64,000 nt of DNA. Origin: Eledone cirrhosa. Taxonomy: Eukaryota. The position numbers and the translations under genes were made by a program. The stretch lies in the NCBI GenBank assembly GCA_964016885.1, contig OZ024747.1, forward strand, positions 2,542,001 through 2,606,000, written 5' to 3'. How positions within the stretch are numbered: position 1 is the first letter of the stretch; each line of letters begins with the position of its first letter. Positions 12,731 to 26,599 of this stretch are shown piece by piece. Below the pieces are notes generated by a model, which saw only the letters and a program-made list of their open reading frames with translations, was not told the origin of the DNA and ran no database searches.

Positions 12731-15511
12731 GAAAGTTCTAACTATTATCAGAAATGAACCGGAAATGAAGATTGTATGATGTCAGCAGCATTTGATAAAA
12801 ACTCTGAATAGCTATGGCAGAAAAAAAGAATAAAAAATATATAAAGAATCTATGACAACAGTAACTTTTGGCCTCTGTGTACATTATTAAAGCAATGCAT
12901 TTGGTAGATTACCAATTGTAAGATTCCCAATTGCAGGAAGTGTTTTTGGACATTCAATTTAGCCAGATAATGCCATGATAGTGTAAATAAAGAAGCTACT
13001 GAAGTAAATTTGGCATGGATCAAGCAATCTCTTCCTGAAAGAATGGTCTTGCATTATAGTTAATTCTTCAATTGCTGGTATTTTAGCATATTTAACATTC
13101 AGTATTTACCGTTCATCATCTTTCTCTAGTATTTACAACAGAAGGTATTCAGAAAATATTTCTGTTGTGAAATCATTTGTTAATCTTATAAATTATAAAT
13201 CTTTTCAGTTGTCCATGTATATTATTGCTATGTGTAACCCAGCTAACTTATTTATCTTCACAAAACGTTTTGAATATTCTTTTGTAAAATTGACTAAAAT
13301 AGATCAAATTCATTCCCCATTATTTTTTTTAATAAATCTAATTTAACTATACAAAAAAACCGTTATTCAGTAAGTTCTGTTACTTGAAATAAAAATATTT
13401 TTTCAAATATATTCAGGATCTATACACAGACATGTTTACTTCCATATGCACACGCTGTTTTTTCTATCTTTGATTTTAAACAGGAGTAGCATGTTTTCTC
13501 CTGTTACAATTTCAGTAATAATAGTTTCACGTTAGAGAATCTCTCTTTAAATATGAAAAATATTTGGCAGTTGGAATCTAATTATCTCAGACTGTTTGTT
13601 TGATCTTGGAAATATTAAACTGTCACACTTCACTCAATGTCAGATGGTAACTTATATTTATATGCTTCCATCTTCTGCCTTCCCTACAGCACAACCATTC
13701 TATCCTACCACTCCACCTTTCTTTTTAAATATTTATTTTTTGGCTGAGGTCTAATGAAAAGGAACCAAGCCTATTATCTTTTCTATTCTTGTGATATAGA
13801 AAATTATTGAAATCTTCTTTGATGATTTCAGTTCAGTTCACCTTTTTGAATTCAAAGGAATTGTTATTACTTTTATATATTTTGTTTTTATGTTCAAATT
13901 TAAGAAAGTGATACAGCTAAACTTCTAAATCAAGCAGTTTGTTTATGGAAAATGTTCAAAAATGAAAAAAATTAAACTACCACAAATTAATAGTTATGTT
14001 TTCCTATATGCTACAGAACTAGTTAGTGGAACAATTTGTAAATTACACATTTCTTGGAACAGAATTAGAAAGGAAATGTTAAAAAGGTATTGTTAGGCAT
14101 AAGAAGAAGAAATCTAAAAATATATAGGATTAATCCTGGAATTACATTAAAAGTTCTTTATACAACTGATGGTGTTCATGCCACTTTTAAGCATGATTAG
14201 TGTACGTTATGGATTCATGTTTTTAAAACTCTCATTAGTATTATCACAAGAATTAATAAATCTGAAGAAGAAATGCCTAAAGGTTGTTTCAAATTATAAT
14301 TGAAGTATTAACTGTTCTGAGTAGATACAGTTTAAACTATGTTACAAATGTTGACAGGTTAAGGGGTTTAAAACTACAGTGTATAGTTATAAAGCCTAAT
14401 TAGAAGTACAGTAGTTACGGTGGTTAGAATTTATAACTATTCTTCATGAACTAATGTTAAATTCAACATGTCATCATTTTGTTTTCTGTCTTTATTTCAG
14501 TTAGCTTCTGCAAACAGCAGTATGGGTAACCCTTATAGGGGATTAATATCTCTGAATAAAAACTGATAGAATGTTGAAGAGGCTCTTTACCACTGCTGTT
14601 GACAATTTCACTAGTGTCATTGGCACAATAAAGCCCACCCAGCTATGAAACAATTGTAAAAGGAAGTGCATCAAGTTGTACAATTTATGCCACACAAGGA
14701 AGGAGAAAAGAGGGGAGATGTAGCCTGCACAAGCTGTTGTACAACATGTACATATAGAATAGTGATGAGACCTTTTAGTTTCAACACCAATAACTATTTT
14801 AGTGCCGGTGGCATGATAAAATGTAGTCACTCAATGCTAAAATTGATTGGTGATAAGAAGGAAATCCAGCTGAAAAACGAATATAAAACAAAACTAGTCA
14901 TTTTCTCTATTGCATGTTACAGATTACAAAGGACTGTAACAAGGGGTGAAAGGCTGTGACAATTGTCCAACTTACCAGCAGGGAAACCAGACAAAAACTG
15001 GTGATACTTGTATAGCATAGATTTCTGGGTAGACTTAGCTTTAAAATGGTCTCAAAAATATTGCAATACATTTTTCCTTGCTTGAATATTCATATATTTT
15101 ACTTCCCACTTCAATTTCACACCTGATAGGTAGAATTATTTGATATAGAAATACTAGAAATATATGAAATATAGAACTTCTTTGTAGTTACTTGATTTGC
15201 TATAAATAACAACAAAGTCCCTCTCAGATCCCATCCTACCTTCTTAAAACAGGGAAGGGGACATTAGTTAATTGTGTCTTAGATACTCATAAAAAGACAG
15301 AAAAGTTACTGCCAAAATACCTTTGATCACAAGTCTGCTTGATAGGGTTAAACAATAACAACAGCAACAGCAGCAAAATACATAATCAATAAATGCAACT
15401 AATCTCAGGCTGGAGGATATTGATTTTAGTAAATGACACTACAACCCTCCTATATTAAACTGTCTTGTTTATTTTATATCAATGGTTAAAGTAAATTATT
15501 GACTGTGTTTT

Positions 15512-15660
15512 GCGTGGCTGCGTGTTTAAAACGTTTGCTTCCCAACCACATCATATCAGATTTAATTCCATTCCACAGTGCATTGAGGAAGTGCCTTCTA
15601 TTACAGCCTCAGATTGACCAATACCTTATAAGTGGGATCTAGTAACAGAAACTGTGTACA
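15512..15660 (+). mobile_element. tRNA-derived SINE, family C (degenerate)
   Basis: tggctgcgtg...gcttcccaaccac...aagtgccttctattacagcc; related minus-strand copies at ~16185-16312 and ~57245-57371. Confidence 0.55.
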
Positions 15661-17945
15661 CAGAAACCCTTTGTAGAATCAAAGCCACCAGCATTGAATC
15701 AATATTACACGGTCATCAACTGAGATTGTTTGGACATGTAATGAGCATGTCTGACTTGTGTCTCTCTTGTAGAATACTCTATAACCAGCTACATCATGGT
15801 CGTTGCCTGGCTGAAGGATACAAGAAGTAGTTCACGGACAAGATGAAGACCAATTTGAAGAAAAGTTAATATCAACCCTTCAAGAGTGGAAGGCATTGCA
15901 ACCTTGCTACTTTGGCATTCTCACTGCTGGACATGGACTGGAGACATGGAGAAGAAACACACTTAACAGTAACAAGAGACATGAGAAAGGAAACAGGTAC
16001 ACAAATTGACACCATGCTTCTCTAACCAAATATTAACATGTTTTGTCTGTGATTGAAACTTCATATCTAGTATTAGTGCAGCCACCAAACGATCCACAAG
16101 TGAATGAGAAAATGGACATCATCAAATGTCGATGGACAACTATGAACAAGCAATGTAAGCTAGCTTACTGTTTCTGTCAAGCAAATTCCACTCACAAGAC
16201 ATTGGTCAGCTTCAGACTTTAATAGAAACCATATACCCAAACTGCTCCATAGTGGGATCAAAACCCAAAACTATGTGATTACAAAATGAACTTCTTAACC
16301 ATACATACATGCCCTCATATTATGAAATTAATTGAGGCAAACTCTCTACAGCTAATCAGAATTCAATTCATTTCTATTTCTTATGACATCGGATTTAGAA
16401 AGATTAAAGAATTTGACATTTAAACATCAACTGATTAATTCATATCAATATTTCTTGAAGCACAAATCAGGATTAGTAGTAAGAAAATCAGTATTAGCTG
16501 CAAGCAGTTTTAAGATCAATTGACTGTCTACTTTCACTTTCTCTGTGTTATCCACTTTTCCTCATCATTCTATTCTAGCTTTTAGTTTCATCAGTAAATG
16601 ACTATTAACTTTAACAAGAAGATTGGCCTCTGCCCTTTAGAGCTAACTGGTCATTATCACCTTCAGTCAAGCACTTTCCTCCTCTCTTTATCCATATTGT
16701 GTTGACCCCACCCACACCTCTAAGGTCCCACAATAACCACTGTTCTCAGTCATTCCTGTCCAGAATGATAGCTCTATAGAACTCCCTCTCTGCTCATATC
16801 TCTCCTACAAGTATTGGACTTTCAACAGTTTTAGTGAAACATTAACATCAATCTCAACAGATTTGCTCTTCCTTTTTCTCCTGTCTTTTCCCTATACACC
16901 ATATTTTTCTCCTCACTCCATCTTGCCATTAGTGCCTGTGGTTCTGGAGTCAGGCCCTAGTAACCATCTCTAGCATGTCTCCAAATGTCTGGATAGAATT
17001 CATAAACAGAAAGAATAAGTCTGATCTTTAGTAGGTACGGTAACAACACTTAATATGTTTCAGTCATATTAATCCTCCTTAGCAAGTACTTATCACACTA
17101 TTTTTCATCAGCATTAAGCAACTGAGAGTACAAGACTCAAGATTTCAGTCCATCACAGAGTTAACCTCCAGATACCACTGGTACTTGTTTTCAGCTGAGT
17201 GTACTGAAACAATGTGAAATGAAGTGTATTGCAGAATCAAACCCACGACATTATAATCATACACCCAACACCTTAACGACAATACCATGTCCCTTCATTA
17301 TAGAAAGAACTACCTTAATGAATTTTCATAGTTGTTGTTGCTGTTGATCAAACAAAGCTATGATGAATAGCATTCCATCCATGACCATCTCTTTTTACTT
17401 TTAGTTCATGATGACAATCTCTAGAACTACATTATCAAAAGAATTCTTTATTATTTCTTTAAGATAGTATGATGTGATTTGAGAAATATATTGCTGCTAT
17501 ATCATTGCCTCCTAAGGTGTGTGTTGGAAGTATTAGATGTGAGTTACATAAATGGCATTAGTTAAAATATAGAACCAGCATAAGTTAAAGAATAATGAGT
17601 AGGTCTCGGTTGAACAACATTAATAAGTTCAACTGAGTAGAGAGAGCAACATAAGTTTTTTTAGAAAAAGAAGAAAGGAAGAGCTCAGTGACTGTAAAGA
17701 GGAAAAGATGAAATTACTACTTCAAACCTTAATATTAACTATTGGAAATATAGTTTTCTTATAAAATGATCAATGTTAGACCTCTTAGGCCATGAATATA
17801 ATTAGAGGCAGCATGCTTTAGAATAAATCTGGCTGGTCTCTAATCTAAATAATATGGTCAGAGAGAAAAAAATACCTTGAATATACGAGTGTATATAAAT
17901 CAGAGACAGAGAGGGAGGGGAGAGAGAGAGAGAAAGAGAGAGAGC

Positions 17946-17976
<31 letters not shown>

Positions 17977-19505
17977 TGAAGTGCATGTTGAATGGATGAT
18001 ATGAAGAGATTGAAAAATAGAAGAGATGAGATGATAGAAATAGAAAGAAGAGAATGTTAGCAGCAAATTAAATTCCTGTCTTTTGATGAGAATGGTAGAT
18101 AAATGGAATAGGCTCATAGAAGAATGTGTAAAAACATCAAAGATTATTTAAGTAGATTGTCAGCTCTGTTCATAGATGGAGATAATAACTCGAACATGAA
18201 GGAGTGGCCCAGAAATCCAGCCTGCTTCTTTTTTTTTTTAACAATTCTGTATATTTCATCATTCTACCATCACAGTAAAATTATTTATGTATAACTTTGA
18301 CAGTATAGAATGTAAATGAAAATACTCAGAACAGGACACTGATTATGAGAATATTGCAAAGAAAATATAATTCTGAATTACATAGTTACGTATATATATA
18401 TTTCTAGCCTAAAATTCAATTTGTGACAGATTCTTACACATTTAGTTTATTTCTAAATTGTATTCAATGTCAAAATAATAATATTGCTATTCTTTATAAA
18501 TGTAACAATTGGTTTGCCGTCTGATACTCTACTCTTTAAGACATAATCGTCAACAACAATATTTTCTGTTGTATTACCTGACTCCTTATCAACTAAATTT
18601 CATATACACCTTAATGACAGCAGCAACAGGAACTAACAGATCTATGAACTGCTATTGATTGACCAGCCAATACTATTATATTACTACATTAACAATAAAC
18701 TTCAAATACTGCACTTTAGAATTAGACTATTTTCATCAAGTGCACCAACCTCTCCTTTCTCTTTGCACTGACAATTAACAAGAACCAAGAACGAATGTAA
18801 CCATCACACTTAATAAAGGAGACTTTCCAAGCATAATTCAATTACACTTCTAACATTTCTAACATCAGAAGCTGTAATCTAACGTCCACTTCTTACATCA
18901 TTCTATAGACTGTCACTATTTTCTCCAACAATGGCATGACAACATGGTAATGTGTAACAATCATACAATACAATACAAGAGCTGTTTCTTTCAAGTGAGA
19001 ATAGCTGCAATGCTCCTTACACTTCTCATAGACAACTTTCAACTTTAACTATCCTACTCAGTGCATATATTACCTCCTAACGTCACTAATAGCCCAAACT
19101 TATATATAAGTGGAGAAGACTCTGAAGTTTTCAGAATAACTCCTCTTGTGTTGGTATACATAAACACATCTGTTTCATTTCGATTTGTTCATATCACTTT
19201 AGTTTATTTAATAAAAGAAATAACTTGATAATCTCAAATGGTTTAAACTAGTATGGGAATGAACCATCAAAGAAGGCATTATGTAGTCATTCAACCCGCT
19301 AGAAATTGTAGCTAAAATTTTTTTTTTTAATCTGTAATCACACCTTCGGTTGTGATCCACATTAGATAATGTAACTCTACAAATCCTTAAAATGAAGTGG
19401 ACATGGATGGAATGCTTTTGATAAATCTGCTTAATTTAAGTACCAGTTAAATACTATGGTCAATATAATCAGCTTTCTTCTTCCCACCAAATTACTGACC
19501 CTAGA

Positions 19506-20585
19506 AAGAATTATTTAATGTATCCATCCCTTTCTGTTAAAAATGGTAGTGTGCTATAGGAGGAAGATATGGCTGCTATAGGAGGAAGATATGGCTGCTA
19601 TATACACTAGTTTAAGTGAATATTAGAGTATGTGGGACTATGTTATCAATTGTGCCTGTCCCAATTCTTAAACCAAAATTCTCAATAGAACAATAAGTGC
19701 TTAACCATTTAATGTTTATTTTAAATGATCAACAAGATCTCAGACCTCATTCACTTACTGACTGAATGGAACTGAGGGGTGGAACTTGTCAAATTGGACC
19801 AAAGAAACAATGTTTCCATTGGTCTTTCCATTGCTGATACTATCTACCAGTTGCAACTCCTGGCAGAAAGAGCAACATGTGTCCTGCTCAAGAACATAAA
19901 ACATCCCCAGCTGGTTGCAAGCAGTCAGACCAGTTCACCAGTTTGAGGATATCTTTCTCTCTCTCAACTGTATTGGAGGCCTTGAGAAGGGTACACTGCT
20001 TTTCCCTCCCTGACTAAACTGTCAAAATAAGAAATAAATGTTGAGAAATACTAATTTTTATCTCTTTAGTTTCATATCTTAACTAACTTGTTGATAAATA
20101 AATGGTAATTAAAATTCCAAACTTCCCTTCTTCTAAGTCTTTAAATTAACTTTGGGCAAATAATTCTTAATTTCTATAAATTATCTTCCATTTTCCTCTG
20201 AGAGTTACTAACAATTGCAGGTAGGTTTTGTATGCTTTCTACATCTAATGGAAAATTTTAATTAAGAATCTTTTTTAGATATGGCATTCAGTACAATCAC
20301 CCTTTAACATATTTATCTAGTCATGTCACTGGGCTATTTGAGTCATCTCCCTTAACACATTTTATTTCAATTATCTAAGAAATTATTAATTATACTGTAT
20401 TGTTTTATTGGTTTCATTATTGGATTTCAACAATTCTGGGACAACTCATCCATGGTTATTCAATATCAGGCTTAATAAGGCAGGTACTTGTTTTATCTAT
20501 ATCTATTTCTCAAATGGCTGAGTTACAATTTCATATAATTGCATCAGTATATGCAAACACACACACACACACACATATATATGTA

Positions 20586-20655
<70 letters not shown>

Positions 20656-20706
20656 TATATATATATTATATATATTATATATATATATATATATAAATAT
20701 ATATAT
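19506..20706. repeat. Left arm of a ~1.1-1.2-kb inverted duplication
   Basis: Reverse complement of 22200-23316 with only scattered substitutions and different (CA)/(TA) tract lengths. Confidence 0.95.
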
Positions 20707-20921
20707 ATATTGTTATACTTTGGGAGGGTCATGTTGCCAATAAGAAACACACGCACCAGTTGCTTTGACTTCAATTTATTATATATTTATAAATTTATAA
20801 ATTTACAAATTTACAAACTTATAAATTTCTGGTTGGTTGGTTGGTTCCACAACCAGATAGTTGTTTATATATAGTCATAGTCCTTTCGTCACACACTCTG
20901 TGACCTCTTTAGTGAATGGGA
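20707..20921 (-). mobile_element. Inverted pseudo-LTR (pLTR) of a Penelope-like element
   Basis: Reverse complement of 21930-22144; HHR core mutated to CUAAAGA. Confidence 0.85.
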
Positions 20922-21588
20922 AAAAATGGTAAATAATGACATAAATGGGACCTGCCCCTAGTATAGGAGCAAATTTTGGAATAGAATAGAAAGAACTAGG
21001 AACAAGGCCAATAGAATAAACTCATGGTATGATAGCAATAAATACCAGAGTGTAATGTTCATCAATACAACCCCTAGAGGCGAACTAGCCTACAAATTTA
21101 GAAGGGCCCTAAATAAACATAATCTCAATATTAAGATAGTAGAAAGACCTGGTACCTCCGTAAAAACACTTATTAGCAAGACATACCCATTCCAAAGACC
21201 CTCATGTATAGATAAGAAATGTATAACCTGTAAAATAAGCCCCCATATTAACTGTAAAACTAGAAATGTAGTGTATAGCATAAGATGTACTGAAGGACAA
21301 TGTAGAAACAAAAATATAGTGTACATAGGTGAGACAGCTCGTAGTATAGGGGAACGAATAAATGAACACTGGCGAGACCTCCAAGATAATAAAGAATCAT
21401 CTGTGCTCTACCAACATGCTAAGATAGAACACAGGGGTAGATTAGAGACCATAGAAATAAAAATAGAATCCACACACAGAAAAGACGCAATGTTTAGGCA
21501 AATTACAGAGGCAGTAAGCATAAAAGAATTAAAACCAAAATTAAATAGAAAATATGAGTGGAACAGCAACATCACAACTTACAATTAA
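20914..21588 (+). pseudogene. Penelope-like retroelement ORF C-terminus: Cys-rich linker plus GIY-YIG endonuclease; 5'-truncated, in-frame TAG at 20959
   Basis: CIDKKCITC...NCKTRNVVYSIRC...VYIGETARSIGERINEH...QH...R.ITEAVSI...PKLN are GIY-YIG signatures of PLEs. Confidence 0.88.
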
Positions 21589-21760
21589 GGACAAAATGAA
21601 AACACACACACACATAGAACAAACAACTTACAATTAAGGACAAAATGAAAACACACACACACATAGAACAAACAACTTACAATTAAGGACAAAATGAAAA
21701 CACACACAAAATGAAAACACACACAGGACAAAATGAAAACACACACACACATAGAACAAA
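21574..21760 (+). repeat. ~49-bp tandem repeat (~3 copies) in the PLE 3' UTR
   Basis: acaacttacaattaaggacaaaatgaaaacacacacacacatagaacaa repeated. Confidence 0.85.
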
Positions 21761-21929
21761 CAACCAACCAACAATAAATAAATAAATAAATAAACAAATA
21801 GATAAATGAACACAAACACACACAGACACCCGGATGTGGCGCATACGCAAACTGAGCACACAACACACACACAGAAACAAAATGGCGTAGGATAGAAGAA
21901 AGGAAAGGCTCAGAAACGAAGAAAGGAAT

Positions 21930-22199
21930 CCCCAGTCACTGAAGAGGTCACAGAGTGTGTGACGAAAGGACTATGACTATATATAAACAACTATCTGGTT
22001 GTGGAACCAACCAACCAACCAGAAATTTATAAGTTTGTAAATTTGTAAATTTATAAATTTATAAATATATAATAAATTGAAGTGAAAGCAACTGGTGCGT
22101 GTGTTTCTTATTGGCAACATGACCCTCCCAAAGTATAACAATATCGGTTTCAACACACGATTTCAGATAAAGAATCTTGCTAAACAAATTCAGAAACGA
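21930..22199 (+). mobile_element. Penelope-like pLTR plus a tail that probably encodes the ORF start ([27 protein letters not shown])
   Basis: Pairs with the inverted copy at 20707-20921; the tail recurs independently at 34612-34683. Confidence 0.8.
21934..21978 (+). ncRNA. Minimal type I hammerhead ribozyme candidate
   Basis: agtca-CTGAAGA-g-gtcac(agagtgt)gtgac-GAAA-ggac-TA-tgact: stem I agtca/tgact, stem II gtcac/gtgac, minimal stem III. Confidence 0.7.
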
Positions 22200-23316
22200 A
22201 ATATATATATATTTATATATATATATATATATATACATATATACATATATATATATGTGTGTGTGTTTGCATATACTGATGCAATTATATGAAATTGTAA
22301 CTCAGCCATTTGAGAAATAGATATAGATAAAACAAGTACCTGCCTTATTAAGCCTGATATTGAATAACCATGGATGAGTTGTCCCAGAATTGTTGAAATC
22401 CAATAATGAAACCAATAAAACAATACAGTATAATTAATATTTTCTTAGATAATTGAAATAAAATGTGTTAAGGGAGATGACTCAAATAGCCCAGTGACAT
22501 GACTAGATAAATATGTTAAAGGGTGATTGTACTGAATGCCATATCTAAAAAAGATTCTAATTAAAATTTTCCATTAGATGTAGAAAGCATACAAAACCTA
22601 CCTGCAATTGTTAGTAACTCTCAGAGGAAAATGGAAGATAATTTATAGAAATTAAGAATTATTTGCCCAAAGTTAATTTAAAGACTTAGAAGAAGGGAAG
22701 TTTGGAATTTTAATTACCATTTATTTATCAACAAGTTAGTTAAGATATGAAACTAAAGAGATAAAAATTAGTATTTCTCAACATTTATTTCTTATTTTGT
22801 CAGTTTAGTCAGGGAGGGAAAAGCAGTGTACCCTTCTCAAGGCCTCCAATACAGTTGAGAGAGAGAAAGATATCCTCAAACTGGTGAACTGGTCTGACTG
22901 CTTGCAACCAGCTGGGGATGTTTTATGTTCTTGAGCAGGACACATGTTGCTCTTTCTGCCAGGAGTTGCAACTGGTAGATAGTATCAGCAATGGAAAGAC
23001 CAATGGAAACATTGTTTCTTTGGTCCAATTTGACAAGTTCCACCCCTCAGTTCCATTCAGTCAGTAAGTGAATGAGGTCTGAGATCTTGTTGATCATTTA
23101 AAATAAACATTAAATGGTTAAGCACTTATTGTTCTATTGAGAATTTTGGTTTAAGAATTGGGACAGGCACAATTGATAACATAGTCCCACATACTCTAAT
23201 ATTCACTTAAACTAGTGTATATAGCAGCCATATCTTCCTCCTATAGCAACCATATCTTCCTCCTATAGCACACTACCATTTTTAACAGAAAGGGATGAAT
23301 ACATTAAATAATTCTT
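22200..23316. repeat. Right arm of the inverted duplication
   Basis: Reverse complement of 19506-20700. Confidence 0.95.
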
Positions 23317-23420
23317 ATGTTTGAAACTGATTTATATATATATATATATATATATATCAAGCCCTCTTTGGATTTTAGTCTTCAAATTTATTATTATTAC
23401 TATATATATATATATATATA

Positions 23421-23592
23421 TCATCATCATCATCATCATTTTACGTCCGCTTTTCCCTGCTTGCAAGGGTGGGACGGGAACTAATTCTGGCTTGATTTCT
23501 ACAGCTGGATGCCCTTCCTAACACCAACCTCATTTACAGTGACTGCTGGGTGCTTTTTTTCCGTGGCACCTCCACGACCACTCTGCAGTGGA
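23421..23592 (-). mobile_element. RTE-type LINE 3' end
   Basis: (CAT)n then ggatgcccttcctaacaccaacc; matches 45089-45350. Confidence 0.8.
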
Positions 23593-23627
23593 ATGATAGG
23601 GACCCCAGACCCTATCATCTCATTTCT

Positions 23628-23759
23628 ACAGCTGAGTAAACTGGAGCAATGTGAAATAAAGTGTCTTGCTCAAGGAAACAACACATCACCCGGTCTGAGA
23701 ATTGAACTCACAACCTTTCGATTGCAAGCCCAATGCTCTAACCACTAAGCCATGTGCCT

Positions 23760-23761
<2 letters not shown>
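23628..23761 (-). mobile_element. tRNA-derived SINE, family B
   Basis: Minus strand tggcttagtgg (A box), gagttcaattc (B box), ccttgagcaagacacttta core; related copy at 27355-27485 (+). Confidence 0.8.
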
Positions 23762-23821
<60 letters not shown>

Positions 23822-23842
23822 GCACACACACATATATACACG

Positions 23843-23886
<44 letters not shown>

Positions 23887-23967
23887 TATATATATATATG
23901 TATATATATAAATATATATATATATACACACACGCACACACACACACACACATATATATATATACAC

Positions 23968-24012
<45 letters not shown>

Positions 24013-24016
24013 TATA
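23762..24016. repeat. Compound (TA)n/(CA)n microsatellite
   Basis: Direct reading. Confidence 0.95.
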
Positions 24017-24729
24017 AAGTGGGGGTAGGATAGGGAATTACTGGAGTTGGTACCAAATCAAGCACTCTATGCACAGAGTGAAACTACAAAGCTAATGAGA
24101 AAAGGTTATGAGGAGACCAAGGGGATATGCAGGGATGGAAGGAGGATATATAACGCTAATCTCCAACAGTCAAGGTGACAACATTGAACTTGTTTCAGTT
24201 TACTGGATCTCCACAGTGAAATATAATCCACTCATGGATGTTGAAAACTTAAAATGACAAATAGATTTTATATAAAGAATGTTCAATGGTTAGACTGACA
24301 GAGATTCTATATAAAGAACACACTGGTTAGGTAAAGTATAATTATGCATATCTTCATTAAAATTAAGTTTTGATTCATACAAATTTTTACTTCGTTCCAT
24401 TTCCCACCTCTCAGAACAACTTTTCATTTAATGCTAATGATTTTTTTCTCTTCAGGGTTCTAATTTTAAATAATCAAAAATTAGTTTCAGCTCACCACCT
24501 GAAGTATGTTAGTCTGCACTTAGCTATACATGTTTCATACAGAAAACACTCTTGGGAAATTTTCAAGTGTTAGTATACATGTGTGCGTGTGCGTGTGTGT
24601 GTGTGTGTACATACATGTATATATTTCCCTTTCTAACAAATATGAAAAAACTAATAAGACTTTGTGCAATTGTATCTCTGTATCTGTCTTTCAAAAATAT
24701 TGATATATATACAGATATGTGTGTGTGTG

Positions 24730-24781
<52 letters not shown>

Positions 24782-25415
24782 ATGTGTGTGTATAAATATA
24801 TATATATATACAGAGAAAGAGAGAGATTTAGTACACTAGCAATGGTGTTATTTCAGTACAATTGTTTCTCTGGCTGGCTATTGTAGATTTCCACTGGGAC
24901 AGATCCCGGATCATCAGCCTGTTATTCAATTACTAATACTTATGTACCTTTCCTTCACATGTAAAAGTGTTCCAAAAGAAAACAAAGAGTAATCAATATA
25001 CAGGAGGGAGATGTATTATATAGAGAGATTAATGAAAAGCAAGGGAACTAACTTAGTAGTTGAGGAATAGTTAGATATAGTTTATGAAGATCAGAGGGTG
25101 CTAACTATTGTAGGGTCCACATGAAGAAGAAATAAGGAGAAATATTTATGACCTGATTTATAGAGGTGGATCCACGTGGAAATATATAGGTGATAGCTGT
25201 GTTCAGTAAATAACATCCATGCTATTTATGACATTACCTTCAGGTCTTTAGTAGATCATATCTTACTTTTATACTTATTTTATCAATCTCTGTTGTTGAA
25301 CCACTAAGTTATAGGACACAATGGAGCACAATATTAACAACACCAGTTTTTAGATTTGTGTAAATATAAGCTTAGACACATAAATATATATATATACAGG
25401 ATTTGATTTTTAACC

Positions 25416-25715
25416 AGTTGTTGTTGAGCACTAGATCATAACTAATTGAGTTGTTGTTGAGCACTAGATCATAACTAATTGAGTTGTTGTTGAGCACTAG
25501 ATCATAACTAATTGAGTTGTTGTTGAGCACTAGATCATAACTAATTGAGTTTTTGTTGAGCACTAGATCAGAACTAATTGAGTTGTTGTTGAGCACTAGA
25601 TCAGAACTAATTGAGTTGTTGTTGAGCACTAGATCAGAACTAATTGAGTTGTTGTTGAGCACTAGATCAGAACTAATTGAGTTTTTGTTGAGCACTAGAT
25701 CAGAACTAATTGAGC
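25416..25715. repeat. 33-bp minisatellite, ~9 units
   Basis: gagcactagatca(t/g)aactaattgagttgttgtt; 11-aa period in the spurious ORF. Confidence 0.95.
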
Positions 25716-26416
25716 AGACCTATAATCATAATCGCTCATGATCCACAGATATGGCTTTCCTTTCTAAGAAAATAAGGTGCAATTTGATTGACTTTCAGTT
25801 AGTATTTTATCAGGTCGAGTTACAATATAGAGGTACCCTTACTATAGTAGTTAGTAATTGAGAAACAAGTAATTGTAGTTAGTAGTTAGTAAATGACAGA
25901 CAAATAATTGTGATTTGTTTTCTTGTTTACTTAAAAGATGTAATAGTCTTTTTAACAAATCTTTTTATTGATTAGTTTCAGCAGGTGAGAGTTGGTATTT
26001 AATATATAGAATAGTAAACTTATTTGTGATTATTCTTGATAGCGAGCCATTGTAATTGTCTGCTTAAAACAAATTATCTCTATTAGTGCTTCCAAGCCAT
26101 TGCTGTGAAAATATGATACTATTTAAATTAAAATTGTTTGTTTGAGTTAGTGACTATTCTTTAGAATTTGAAGTATTTTGCAATAGAAGTATTTATTATT
26201 ATGACAAAAATGTATAATTATGAAAACTTCATTTTGCAAAAGTTTCATTCTCATAATTGAGCAATTGTTATTAGAACTTAACATAGAATTCAACCATTTT
26301 ATAGAAAAAATGCAGCATCATCATCATCAATATAAATTAATATAATTATTCATCTGCACATAGAAACATATATATAATATATATACATATAATATATATA
26401 CATATATATATATATT

Positions 26417-26497
<81 letters not shown>

Positions 26498-26537
26498 GTG
26501 TGTATGTGAGAGAGAGAAAGAGCGAGATAGAGAAAGT

Positions 26538-26599
<62 letters not shown>

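Noticed and set aside
20400-20696. Apparent duplicated small gene (MFYWFHYW..., also at 22190-22423)
   Set aside because: By-product of the inverted duplication; runs into (TA)n and has no recognisable domain
23690-23761. tRNA gene
   Set aside because: A and B boxes are present but continue into a SINE core shared with other copies; no clean cloverleaf seen
23686-24074. YIYI/HTHT/ERER ORFs here and throughout
   Set aside because: Dinucleotide microsatellite translations
25372-25741. Leucine-rich-repeat-like ORF (LVLNNNSIS)
   Set aside because: Translation of a near-identical 33-bp DNA tandem with no synonymous-site divergence pattern
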